Below are positions 7,972 to 18,123 of a DNA stretch of 64,000 nucleotides, piece by piece (positions within the stretch are counted from its first letter, which is position 1; every line of letters starts with the position of its first letter). The stretch comes from an uncultured Chloroflexia bacterium (GTDB lineage Bacteria; Chloroflexota; Limnocylindria; QHBO01), in the NCBI GenBank assembly GCA_963720505.1, contig CAVRFT010000006.1, positions 3,781-67,780 on the forward strand, read 5' to 3'. A model generated the notes under the pieces. The model was given only the letters and a program-made list of their open reading frames with translations. It did not search any database and was not told the origin of the DNA. The position numbers and the translations under genes are program-made.

Positions 7972-10796
7972 GCACCGCGCGCGCCAAGCGTCCCCTCGCC
8001 TCGGGCTCGAAGGCGAAGATGGAGCGCACCGCGGCCAGCCGCAAGAAGCTCAAGCCCGTCGGCGAGCTGAAGATCCTCGAGACGCGCGTCTACCGCGGGC
8101 CGAACTACTGGAGCTACGACCCGGCCATCAAGCTGGTCGTCGACCTGGGCGTGCTGGAGCAGTTCCCGTCGAGCACCATCCCCGGCTTCGTCGAGGGGCT
8201 GCTGGACATGCTGCCCGAGGTCGGCAGCCACTCGTGCGGCACTGGGCGCGCCGGCGGGTTCGCTGGGCGCCTGCGCGAAGGCACCTGGCTGGGCCACGTG
8301 GCCGAGCACATCGCGCTGCAGCTGCAGCGCGAGGCGGGCACCGAGGTCGGCCGCGGCAAGACGCGCGGCACCGGCGAGCCGGGGCAGTACCACGTCGTCT
8401 ATTCGTTCGGCGAAGAGAGCGTGGGCCTGGCGGCCGGGCGCCTGGCGGTGCGGCTGGTCAATCACCTGGTCACCGCCGAGTCCGACTTCGACTTCCGGGT
8501 GGAGTTCGAGAAGCTGGTCCTGCTGGCGGAGCGTGCTGCCTTCGGCCCATCGACCCAGGCCATCCTGGACGAGGCCGCGTTGCGCGACATCCCGTCCATC
8601 CGCCTGAACGAGCAGTCCCTGGTCCAGCTGGGGCACGGCGTCCACCAGCAACGCATCCGCGCCACGATGACCAGCCAGACCAGCTCGCTGGGCGTCGACA
8701 TCGCGTCCGACAAGAAGCTGACCAACAAGCTGCTGGCAGCGACCGGGGTGCCGGTGCCGCGCTCGGAGGTTGTCCGCAACGAGCAGGAGGCGTCCGCGGC
8801 GGCCGCCACCATCGGCTACCCGGTGGCGATCAAGCCGCTGGATGGCAACCACGGACGGGGCGTCATGCTCAACCTGGCCGATGACGCCGCCGTGCGGGCC
8901 GGCTACGCCGCCGCGCGGGCCGAGTCGCGCCACGGCGGGGTGGTGGTCGAGTCCTACCTGACCGGCAATGACTACCGCTGCCTGGTGATCGGCGGGGTGC
9001 TGCGGGCGGTCGCGCAGCGCGTGCCGGCGCACGTGGTCGGCGACGGCGAGCACAGCCTGACCGAGCTGACGGAGATCACCAACGCCGACCCGCGGCGCGG
9101 CATCGGGCACGAGAAGGTGCTGACCCGAATCAAGGTCGACGATGAATCGACCACGTACGCCCGCGAGCAGGGCTTCGAGATGAGCGACGTGCCGCCGCGC
9201 GGCGTGCGGGTCTTCCTCAAGCGCACCGGCAACATGAGCACCGGCGGCATCAGCATCGACCGAACCGAGGAGGCGCACCCGGACAACGTCGAGATCGCGG
9301 AGCTGGCGGCGCGGGTGGTGGGCCTCGATATCGCCGGCATCGACTTCATCTGCCCGGACATCAGCGTGCCGGTGCGCGAGACGGGCGGGGGCATCGTGGA
9401 GGTCAACGCCGCACCGGGCTTTCGGATGCACACCCACCCAACCGAGGGGGAAGCGCAGTACGTGGCCAAGCCGGTGATCGATGCGCTCTTCCCGCCTGGC
9501 AGCCCGTCGCGCATCCCGATCGTGGCCGTGACCGGCAGCAACGGCAAGACGACCACCGCCCGGATGATCTCGCACATCATGAAGGGGATGGGCCGCAAGG
9601 TCGGGATGACCTCGACCGATGGCATCTTCGTCGACGGCCGCCTGGTGCGGAAGGGCGACTCGTCTGGCCCCCGATCGGCCTCCACCGTGCTCCAGAATCC
9701 GACCGTCGACTTCGCGGTATTCGAGGTGGCGCGCGGCGGCATCCTGCGCGAAGGGCTGGGCTACCAGCGCAACGACGTGGCCGTGGTGCTGAACGTGACC
9801 GGCGACCACCTGGGCCTGGCCGGCATCACCTCCATCCGGCAGCTGGCCAACGTCAAGCAGGTCGTGGTCGAGGCGGTGCCGCGCGACGGGACGGCGGTCC
9901 TCAACGCCGACGACCCGCTGGTGGCCGGCATGGGCCGCCATTGCTCCGGATCGGTCATCTACTTCAGCACCGATCCGGAACACGAGATCATCAAGCGCCA
10001 GGCCTCACGCGGGCGCCGCGCCGTGACGCTGGAGCCGGGGCGCAACGGCGAGATGATCGTGCTGCGCCAGGGCCGCAAGTCGATGCCGCTGGTCTGGACC
10101 CACCTGCTCCCGTCGACCTTCGAGGGCCGCGCGCGGATGAACGTCCAGAACGCGCTGGCCGCGACCGGCGCCGCCTGGGCCGCGGGCGCGCACCTGCACG
10201 ACATCCGGCAGGGCCTGCGGACCTTCACCACCAGCTATTTCATGGCGCCGGGCCGGCTGAACATGTTCGAGCTGGACGGCTACCGGGTGATCGTCGACTA
10301 CGCCCACAACCCACCGGCCGTCCGCGCCCTGGGCGAGTTCGTGGACCAGCTGGCGGAGCCATCGAGCACCGGCCGGCGGCCGCTGGTCACCGGCCGCCGC
10401 ATCGGCGTCATGGCCACCGCCGGCGATCGGCGCGACGAGGACATCGTGGAGCTGGGCCGCACCGCGGCTCGCTACTTCGACACGCTCGTCCTGCGGGAGG
10501 ATGCGAACAATCGTGGCCGGCCCCGCGGCGACACTGCCGCCCTGATCGAGAAGGGCGTGCGCGCCGAGATGGCGAACGGTGGTCGCACGAACTCAGTCGA
10601 GATCGTGCTGGACGAGCTCGAGGCGACCCGACGCGCCCTGGACATGGGGAGCGACGGCGACATCATCGTGGTCTGCGTCGACCACGCCAACGACGTGTGG
10701 AAGGAGCTGCAGCGCCGCCAGCACGGCGGCTCGAGCGGCGCCATCTCGGCGGTCACCACGCTGGGCGCCGACGACGGCATCGAGATCGAGGCCTAG
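7968..10796 (+). CDS. cphA: cyanophycin synthetase (N domain, ATP-grasp G domain, Mur-ligase-like M domain)
   Basis: 942-aa intact ORF with an ATGA overlap with cphB. N domain LKILETRVYRGPNYWSYDPAIK. ATP-grasp region (KPLDGNHGRGV...). Mur-ligase P-loop VAVTGSNGKTTT and C-terminal ligase domain. An internal ATG at 8019 is an alternative start. Confidence 0.9.
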   Translation: MSTARAKRPLASGSKAKMERTAASRKKLKPVGELKILETRVYRGPNYWSYDPAIKLVVDLGVLEQFPSSTIPGFVEGLLDMLPEVGSHSCGTGRAGGFAGRLREGTWLGHVAEHIALQLQREAGTEVGRGKTRGTGEPGQYHVVYSFGEESVGLAAGRLAVRLVNHLVTAESDFDFRVEFEKLVLLAERAAFGPSTQAILDEAALRDIPSIRLNEQSLVQLGHGVHQQRIRATMTSQTSSLGVDIASDKKLTNKLLAATGVPVPRSEVVRNEQEASAAAATIGYPVAIKPLDGNHGRGVMLNLADDAAVRAGYAAARAESRHGGVVVESYLTGNDYRCLVIGGVLRAVAQRVPAHVVGDGEHSLTELTEITNADPRRGIGHEKVLTRIKVDDESTTYAREQGFEMSDVPPRGVRVFLKRTGNMSTGGISIDRTEEAHPDNVEIAELAARVVGLDIAGIDFICPDISVPVRETGGGIVEVNAAPGFRMHTHPTEGEAQYVAKPVIDALFPPGSPSRIPIVAVTGSNGKTTTARMISHIMKGMGRKVGMTSTDGIFVDGRLVRKGDSSGPRSASTVLQNPTVDFAVFEVARGGILREGLGYQRNDVAVVLNVTGDHLGLAGITSIRQLANVKQVVVEAVPRDGTAVLNADDPLVAGMGRHCSGSVIYFSTDPEHEIIKRQASRGRRAVTLEPGRNGEMIVLRQGRKSMPLVWTHLLPSTFEGRARMNVQNALAATGAAWAAGAHLHDIRQGLRTFTTSYFMAPGRLNMFELDGYRVIVDYAHNPPAVRALGEFVDQLAEPSSTGRRPLVTGRRIGVMATAGDRRDEDIVELGRTAARYFDTLVLREDANNRGRPRGDTAALIEKGVRAEMANGGRTNSVEIVLDELEATRRALDMGSDGDIIVVCVDHANDVWKELQRRQHGGSSGAISAVTTLGADDGIEIEA

Positions 10797-12413
10797 TCCG
10801 CCGACAGCAGCTCGCGTAGCCGGCGCAACGGCACCGGCTGGTAGCCGGCCGACGTGAGCCAGGCGGCGATCTCGGCGCGCTCGACGTGGGTCATGACCGC
10901 GACCACGTCCCCCTTCCTTGCCCGCTTCTCCAGTGCCTGGAGGGCGGCCAGCTCGCTCGGGAGTGCTTCGACCTTGCCGGTGAAGCCGCCCTCCTTCACG
11001 CCGCCGCGCAGGATCCGGTTCATCCCCCCCAGGTCGCGCCCGCGCAGGTAGTGGCGCTTCTCGCAGATGACGACGTCGTCGGCGCCCGCACCGGCCAGGC
11101 GGCCCAGGTTGCGGAGGATCTCGTCGGTCCGGTCGCCCGCCGTACCCAGCGCCAGCCGCACCTTGCCGCGGCGGCCGCCGCCCGGGCGCGTCGTCAGCTG
11201 ACGTGAGACGTCCAACAGACCCTGCAGACCGGCCTCGTTGTGAGCGAAGTCGATCAGCACCAGCCGGCCGCGTCGCTCGTACAGGTTGAGGCGTCCCGGG
11301 TTGGCGCCGGTGTCAAGCTCGAAGGTGCGCAGCCCGGCCGCGATCCGCTTGGCCGTGAAGCCGAGGGCATCCGCCGCGGCCGCCGCGGCCAGCGCATTGG
11401 CCACGTTGTAGGTGGAGAGGCCGCCGAAGGTGACCGGCAGCTCGGCGACCGGTGCGATCCGCCGCGTGCGGCCACCTTCCCGCAGCAGGGTCACCATCCC
11501 GTCGACAATGATCGCCGCCCGTCCGCCGCGCGCCAGCGCCTCGCGCACGCCCGGGCTGTCGGGTTCCAGGCTGAACGCGTACCAGCCGGCACGCGTCTGG
11601 CGGCGCATGGCCCACACCCGCGGATCGTCCGCGTTCAGCACCGCCCAGCCACCGCGGCGGGTGATCCGCACGATGGTGGCCTTCACCTCGGCCAGCTCGT
11701 CAAGCGGTGTCGATGCCCTGCAGGCCAAGATGGTCGGCCGAGACGTTGGTGACCACCGCCACGTCATTGGCGGCATAGCCGATGCCGCGCAGCAGGATCC
11801 CGCCGCTCGCCGTCTCCAGCACGGCCAGCTGCAGGCCCGGCTCCGCCAGAACGCGGCCGGCACCGCCGAAACCGGTCCAGTCGCCGGGCTCGACCAGCTT
11901 GTCCCGGACGTAGATGCCGTCCGAGTTGGTCATGCCCACCCGCCGACCGGCCTCGCGCGCGATATGCGCAATCAGGCGCGTGGTGGTGCTCTTGCCGTTG
12001 GTGCCGGTGACCGCCACCACCGGAACGTGCGGCGTCGGCAGGTGGGGGCGTGGGCCGGGGGCGATTGCGCGCAGCGCACGAAGCTCGCGGCGCTCGCTGG
12101 TGATGCCCAGCGCCACGCGTGACGCCGCGGTCCCAATCGCCTGGGCGACGGCCCGACGGTGCCATTGGAAGGCGATCGCCGCCCGCCGGCGGTCGTGCGA
12201 GTCGCGGGTGGTGACCCGGGGTGGGTTCAGGTCCAGGGCGGCGTACAGGTGCCGAACGACCTGGCCGGCGGCGGTGGCCGCCTCAGCGGCGACGCCCGGC
12301 TCATCGGCTCCGAACTCGAGCTTGACGGCCGGTCGGGTGAAGAACCGGTTGGGGCCGTCCAGCACGCGGAGCTCGAGCAGCTCGACCCCGTCGGCGCGGG
12401 CGGCCTGCGGCAT
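10793..12413 (-). pseudogene. CphA paralogue with N domain plus Mur-ligase (M) domain only, no ATP-grasp; frameshifted near 11705
   Basis: ORFs 11700..12431 and 10793..11863. VELLELRVLDGPNRFFTRPAVKLEF parallels the CphA N domain and runs directly into VVAVTGTNGKSTTTRLIAHI...NVSADHLGLQGIDT|LDELAEVKA...NADDP. About 540 aa. Start taken at ATG 12413 (the track uses GTG 12431). Confidence 0.75.
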
Positions 12414-12420
12414 GGCCGGC

Positions 12421-12428
12421 AGTATACT
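12421..12428. promoter_or_regulatory. palindromic AGTATACT, a candidate shared bidirectional -10 element for two divergent leaderless genes
   Basis: Only 23 nt separate ATG 12413 (minus) and ATG 12437 (plus). TATACT reads on both strands, 7 and 8 nt from the respective ATGs. Confidence 0.45.
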
Positions 12429-12436
12429 CACGCGCC

Positions 12437-13604
12437 ATGCCGCCCCCGCTCAGCCTGCACGAGGCCGTCCAGGCACGCCTGCCGCGGTACCTGGCGGAGC
12501 TGGAAGCGCTCGTCAACATCGATTGCGGGTCGTACACACCGGCCGGCGTGAACCGGGTGGCCGACCTCGTCGCGGCCTCGCTGGCCGAGCTTGGCGCCAC
12601 GCGTCGAGCGCATCCCTCACGCCCCAGCAGCCGGTGAGCCGCAGCTGGGCGACCTGGTCATCGGCCACCTGCCCGGCGACGGGCCGCGTCGCCTGCTGAT
12701 CGGCCACATGGACACCGTCTTCGATGAGGGAACGGCGGCCGAGCGCTCGTACACCGTGGACGGCGACCGCGCCATGGGGCCTGGCGCAAGCGACATGAAG
12801 GGCGGCCTGCTGTCCGGCCTGCACGCCCTCGCAGCGCTGCACGAGGCGGACGAACATCCGGCCATCACCTTCGTGGCCAACCCGGACGAGGAGATCGGCT
12901 CCATCTTCAGCGGCGCGCACATCCGTCAGCTGGCGCCCGAGCACGATGTCAGCCTGGTGCTGGAATGCGCCCGCGCCAGCGGCGCCATCGTCAGCGCACG
13001 CAAGGGCATCGCCGACCTGGAGCTCATCTTCAGGGGCCGCGCCGCGCATGCGGGCGTCGAGCCGGAGAAGGGCCGCTCCGCCATCCTGGCCGCGGCCCGG
13101 CAGGTGGTGGCACTCCATGAGCTCAACGGTCGCTGGCCCGACGTGACGCTGAACGCCGGCGTGATCGCAGGGGGCACCCGGCCGAACGTGGTGCCGGCCG
13201 ACTGCCGGCTGCAGCTGGATCTCCGGGCGGCGACCGCCGACGCATTCGACCACGCCCGCGCCGAGGTGCAGCGCCTGGCCGCGGACAGTCCCATCGCGGG
13301 CGTGACATGCGAGGTCCGCGAGCTGGCCAGCCATCGGCCGATGGAGAAGACGCCCGCCATCGCTCGCCTGGCCGAGCTGGCCATCGGCATTGCCGGCGAG
13401 CTGGGCTTCGAGCTGACGGACGCCGCCACCGGCGGCGCCAGCGACGCCAACACCACCGCCGGGCTGGGCGTGCCGACGCTGGACGGCCTCGGCCCGATCG
13501 GCGGCGACGACCACTCGGCGGATGAATGGCTGGACCTGGCCAGCGTGGTGCCGCGCACAACCCTGCTGGCGACGCTGATCGCCCGTGTCGGGGAGGCACT
13601 GTAG
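12437..13604 (+). pseudogene. M20 family metallopeptidase (carboxypeptidase G2 / ArgE-DapE-like), frameshifted near 12600
   Basis: ORF 12437..12637 (LVNIDCGSYTPAGVNRV) joins ORF 12591..13604 (LLIGHMDTVF, GPGASDMKGG, NPDEEIGS, HAG.EPEKGRSA, GGDDHSADEW). Confidence 0.8.
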
Positions 13605-13607
13605 AAT
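13602..13607 (+). promoter_or_regulatory. candidate -10 box (tGTAGAAT) 9 nt upstream of the thioesterase GTG
   Basis: Sequence ctGTAGAATcggcgctccGTG. The box overlaps the TAG stop of the M20 gene. Confidence 0.35.
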
Positions 13608-13616
13608 CGGCGCTCC

Positions 13617-14058
13617 GTGACTGACGACTTCCGCCACCGCACGCGCGTCGAAGTGCGATTTCGTGACATCGACGCCTTCGGACACGTGAACAACGCCGTC
13701 GTCTCCAGCTACCTCGAGCTCGCCCGGATCCGGTACCTGGTCGATGTCCTGCAGGTGGAGCCGATCGGCGTCATGCCGCTGATCCTGGCCCACATCTCGA
13801 TCGACTACCGCTCGCCGATCTTCTTCACCGACACCGTGGAGATTGGCTCGCGCGTCGACTGGCTGGGCACCACCAGCATCGGCATGTCGCACGAGATGAC
13901 CGCCGCTGCGGATGGCCGCGAGCTGGCCCGATCCTCATCGGTCCTGGTCACCTACGACTACGAGCAGAGCCGGCCGATGCCGGTGCCCGACGACTGGCGC
14001 CGGGCCGCTGGCGGCGTACGAAGGCCACGCCCTGGAGCGGCCGATGGCCACCGCATGA
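13617..14058 (+). pseudogene. 4HBT/YbgC-like acyl-CoA thioesterase; 3' end shifted near 14007
   Basis: VRFRDIDAFGHVNNAVVSSYLELAR hot-dog fold signature. As sequenced it reads in frame into lpd. Removing one base gives ...DDWRRALAAYEGHALERPMATA* with its TGA overlapping the lpd ATG (ATGA at 14055). Confidence 0.65.
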
Positions 14059-15474
14059 GCGAGACCATGCAGTTCGACCTGCTGATCCTGGGTGGCGGCA
14101 TGAGCTACGTGGGCGCCATCCGGGCTGCGCAGCTCGGCCTGAAGGTGGGCCTCATCGAACGCGACAAGCTGGGCGGCACCTGCCTGAACCGCGGCTGCAT
14201 CCCGTCGAAGGCGCTGCTCGAGACGGCCGACCTGCTCCATCGAGTTCACGAGCAGGGCGGCGAGTTCGGCCTGGCCGGACATGAGGGCATCAGCCTTGAC
14301 TACCCGGCCCTGGGTGCGCGGCGCGACGCCGTGGTCGACAAGCACGTCAAGGGCGTCGAGTTCCTGCTGAAGAAGAACGGCGTGACCGTCATCAAGCGGG
14401 CACGGCACACTCATCGGGCCGACCAGCGTCCGCGTTTCGGGCGGCGAGTCGGGTGACGTGGACGCCAGCGGCACCGACCTCATCCTGGCCACCGGGTCGG
14501 CACCCCGGTCGCTCCCCGGCCTGGACATCGACGGCCATCGCATCATCACCTCCGATGAGGCGCTGCAACGCGCCGACGTCCCGCGCAGCGCGACGATCGT
14601 GGGCGCCGGGGCGGTCGGCGTGGAGTGGGCCAGCATGTACCGCGACTTCGGGGCGGAGGTGCACCTCGTCGAGTTCCTGGACCGGCTGGTGCCGCTGGAG
14701 GATGCCGACGTCAGCAAGGAGCTGGGGCGCGTCTTCCGCAAGCGCGACATCACCGCGCATCTGTCCTCGACCATCGACACCGAGAGCATCCAGCCCACCG
14801 ACGGCGGCCTGCGCTTCACCGTCGCCGCGCGCGACGGCGACAAGCGCACGGACGTGGAGTCGGACCTGATCCTGGTGGCGGTCGGACGGCGGCCGCTGAC
14901 CGAGGGCATCGGCCTGGAGGCCATTCCCGGCGTTGAGCTGGACCGCGGCTACGTCAAGGTCGACGGCTGGATGCGGACCGGCGCCGAGCACCTGTACGCC
15001 ATCGGGGACATCGTGCCGGGCTTCGCGCTCGCCCACGTCGCGGCCCACGAGGCGGTGGTTGCGGCCGAGATCATCGCCGGCCACGACCCGGCGCCGGTGG
15101 ACATGAGCCTCATGCCGCGCGCCACCTTCTGCCGCCCGCAGATCAGCAGCGTGGGCATGACCGAGGCGGAGGCGCGCGAGGCCGGCCACGAGGTCAAGAC
15201 CGGCTCGTTCCCGTTCCGCGCGCTGGGCAAGGCGACGATCGTGGGCGAGGTGGACGGGTTCGCCAAGATCGTGGCCGATGCGGGGACCGGCCTGATCCTG
15301 GGCGCCCACATCATCGGCCCGCACGCCGGCGACCTGCTGGCCGAGCCGACGCTGGCACGCCTCGTGGAGGGGACCGCCGGTGAGATCGCGATGAGCGTCC
15401 ACGCCCACCCGACGCTGACCGAGGCGCTGGCCGAGGCGGCGATGGCAGTGGACGGCGCACCGATCCACATCTGA
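14055..15474 (+). pseudogene. lpdA: dihydrolipoyl dehydrogenase (E3), frameshifted near 14397
   Basis: FDLLILGGG...GGTCLNRGCIPSKALL (redox disulfide) in frame 0. After ...VTVIK|GHGTLIGP the remainder (ORF 14458..15474) has IVGAGAVGVE, YAIGD and HAHPTLTEAL. Confidence 0.85.
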
Positions 15475-15529
15475 TGATCAGCCGCACGCCGATGCTCAGC
15501 ACGCCAAATCGCAGCACGCCGCAGGGAGG

Positions 15530-16564
15530 GTGATGGAGCAGGTGGCCCAGACCGAAGCACCGCCGAGGCACCACGAGCTCGGGCTTTCCGACGACGACGT
15601 GCTGGCCATGTACCGCCAGATGCTGGTGGCGCGTGCCGTGGACGAGCGGATGTGGCTCATGCAGCGGGCCGGCAAGATCGCCTTCATCATCTCCGGCCAG
15701 GGGCACGAGGGCGCGCAGGTGGCCATCGCCTGGCCGATGCGCCACGGCCACGACTGGATGGCGCCGTACTACCGCTCCATCGCCAGCGCCATCACCTTCG
15801 GCATGGACCCGGAGGACATCATCACCGCCCACCTGGCCAAGGGCGACGACGTCAGCTCCGGCGGGCGCCAGATGCCCGGCCACTACGGCGGCGCGCGCTA
15901 CAACCTGGTCAGCCTCTCGTCGCCGGTCGGCACGCAGGTGCTGCACGCGGTGGGGATCGCCATGGGCGCCTGGGTGCGCGGCGAGGACGTGGTGGCCATG
16001 ACCTCGTACGGCGAGGGCACCAGCAACCAGGGCGAGATCCACGAGGCCATGAACTTCGCCGGCGTCCACAAGCTGCCGGTCATCTTCGTGTGCGAGAACA
16101 ACGGCTACGCCATCAGCGTGCCGCTCGACAAGCAGGTGGGCGGCGGACGCGTGGCGGTCCGGGCGGAGGGCTACGGCTTCCCCGGCGTGCTGGTCGACGG
16201 ATCCGATCCGCTGGCCTGCTATGCCGCCGCCAAGGAGGCGCACGACCGCGCGCGCGCCGGTGAGGGCCCAACCCTGATCGAGGCGCGCGTGGTGCGACTG
16301 ACCAGCCACTCCTCGGACGACGACCAGCGCCGCTACCGCGACCCGGCGGAGGTCGAGGCGCTCAAGGAGCAGGACCCGATCGCCCGCTTCGCCGGCCAGC
16401 TGCGCGAGTGGGGGCTGCTCACCGACGAGCGGGACGAGGAGCTGCGGGCCGAGGCCAAGGCCGCCATCAACGAGGCCAGCCGCCGCGCCGAGGCGCGGCC
16501 CGACCCCGACGTGGCGACCGCCGAGCTGCACGTCTACGCCGACGACGACGGGCAGGGGGCCTGA
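15530..16564 (+). CDS. 2-oxoacid (pyruvate/branched-chain) dehydrogenase E1 alpha subunit, TPP-dependent
   Basis: Intact 344-aa ORF with YRQMLVARAVDERM, GQGHEG, the GEGTSNQGEIHEAMNFA TPP motif and VCENNGYAIS. Confidence 0.9.
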   Translation: MMEQVAQTEAPPRHHELGLSDDDVLAMYRQMLVARAVDERMWLMQRAGKIAFIISGQGHEGAQVAIAWPMRHGHDWMAPYYRSIASAITFGMDPEDIITAHLAKGDDVSSGGRQMPGHYGGARYNLVSLSSPVGTQVLHAVGIAMGAWVRGEDVVAMTSYGEGTSNQGEIHEAMNFAGVHKLPVIFVCENNGYAISVPLDKQVGGGRVAVRAEGYGFPGVLVDGSDPLACYAAAKEAHDRARAGEGPTLIEARVVRLTSHSSDDDQRRYRDPAEVEALKEQDPIARFAGQLREWGLLTDERDEELRAEAKAAINEASRRAEARPDPDVATAELHVYADDDGQGA

Positions 16565-16565
16565 C

Positions 16566-17552
16566 ATGGCCGAGCTGAACATCCTCGAGGCGATCCGCAC
16601 CGCCATGGACGAGGAGCTGGAGCGCGACCCGAACGTCATGGTGCTGGGCGAGGACGTCGGCAAGAAGGGCGGCGTCTTCGGCGCCACCGAGGGCCTGTTC
16701 GCCAAGTACGGCGAGAAGCGCGTGCTCGACACGCCGCTGACCGAGGGCATGATCGCCGGCGCCGCGGCAGGAGCCGCCATCTACGGCCTGCGCCCCATCG
16801 CCGAGATGCAGTTCGCCGACTTCGTCTATCCGGCCTTCAACCAGATCGTGTCCGAGATCAGCCGCATGCGCTATCGGTCCAACGGCGCCTTCGGTCTGCC
16901 GATGGTGATCCGCATGCCGTATGGCGGCGGCGTCCACGGCGCGCTGTATCACAGCCAGTCGAACGAGACCTACTTCACCTCCACGGTGGGCCTGAAGGTG
17001 GTCGCGCCCGGCACGCCGGCCGACGCCAAGGGCCTGCTCAAGGCATCGGTCCGCGACCCGGACCCGGTCATGTTCTTCGAGCACAAGAAGACGTACCGCC
17101 TCTTCAAGGCGGAGGTGCCCGATGGCGACCACGTGGTCCCCATCGGCTCCGCGGAGGTCGCGCGCTCCGGCAAGGACCTGTCGATCTTCTGCTACGGCTA
17201 CATGCGCACCTGCGCGCTGGAGGCGGCCGAGATGCTGGCCCGCGACGACGGGGTGGAGGCGGAGGTCGTCGACCTGCGCACGCTGCGCCCGCTGGACACC
17301 GCCACCGTGGCGGCATCGGTGGAGCGCACCGGCAAGGCGCTGGTCGTGCACGAGGCGAACCGATTCGGCGGCTTCGGCGCCGAGGTCGCGGCATGGATCG
17401 CGCAGGAGTGCTTCGAGCACCTGGACGGACCGGTGACCCGCCTGGCCGGGCCGGAGGTGCCGGGCGTCCCGTTCCACCACGTCCTGGAGGACTGGTTCAT
17501 GCTCGACTCCGCCAAGATCGTCGACGCGGCCCGCACGCTGGCCGCGTACTGA
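16566..17552 (+). CDS. 2-oxoacid dehydrogenase E1 beta subunit
   Basis: Intact 328-aa ORF starting 1 nt after E1 alpha. Motifs [26 protein letters not shown] and the transketolase C-terminal domain. Confidence 0.9.
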   Translation: MAELNILEAIRTAMDEELERDPNVMVLGEDVGKKGGVFGATEGLFAKYGEKRVLDTPLTEGMIAGAAAGAAIYGLRPIAEMQFADFVYPAFNQIVSEISRMRYRSNGAFGLPMVIRMPYGGGVHGALYHSQSNETYFTSTVGLKVVAPGTPADAKGLLKASVRDPDPVMFFEHKKTYRLFKAEVPDGDHVVPIGSAEVARSGKDLSIFCYGYMRTCALEAAEMLARDDGVEAEVVDLRTLRPLDTATVAASVERTGKALVVHEANRFGGFGAEVAAWIAQECFEHLDGPVTRLAGPEVPGVPFHHVLEDWFMLDSAKIVDAARTLAAY

Positions 17553-17556
17553 GCCG

Positions 17557-18073
17557 ATGCCGAGCGCGACCCAGCTGCTGGCGACCCAGATGGACGAGGC
17601 GTACCGCTTCGTCCACGATCGGGTGCAGGGACTGACTGACGAAGAGTTCTTCTGGGAGCCGATGACCGACTGCTGGACGGTGCGGCCGGGCGCGGACGGT
17701 CGCTGGCACGCGGACTATGCCGAACCCGATCCCGATCCCCCGCCGTTCACCACCATCGCCTGGCGCCTGGTGCACCTCGCCGAGTGCAAGGTGATGTACC
17801 ACGAGTACGCCTTCGGGCCGGCCAGGCTGATCTGGCCGGAGATCGACTCCGCCCACACCGCGGCGGACGCCATCGCCGAGCTCGAGCGCGGACAGCGCCT
17901 GCTGGTCGACGCGCTCGGCGGATTGACCGATGCGGACCTGGACGCCGGCCGCATGACCAACTGGGGAGAGGAGTGGCCGACCTGGCGCGTCCTGTGGACG
18001 ATGATCGACCACGACCTGCACCATGGCGGCGAGATCGGCGCCCTGCGCGATCTCTACCGTGAGCGCACCATGA
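17557..18073 (+). CDS. DinB family protein; 3' end uncertain
   Basis: N-terminal 170 aa of ORF 17557..18936, with [14 protein letters not shown] and [15 protein letters not shown] (DinB His triad pattern). As sequenced there is no stop before the E2 lipoyl domain. The next frame stops at 18071..18073. Confidence 0.6.
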
Positions 18074-18123
18074 CGACGGATCGCGTGCCGGCGCGGCGCG
18101 CCAACCTTGGAACGAGGGACGAA

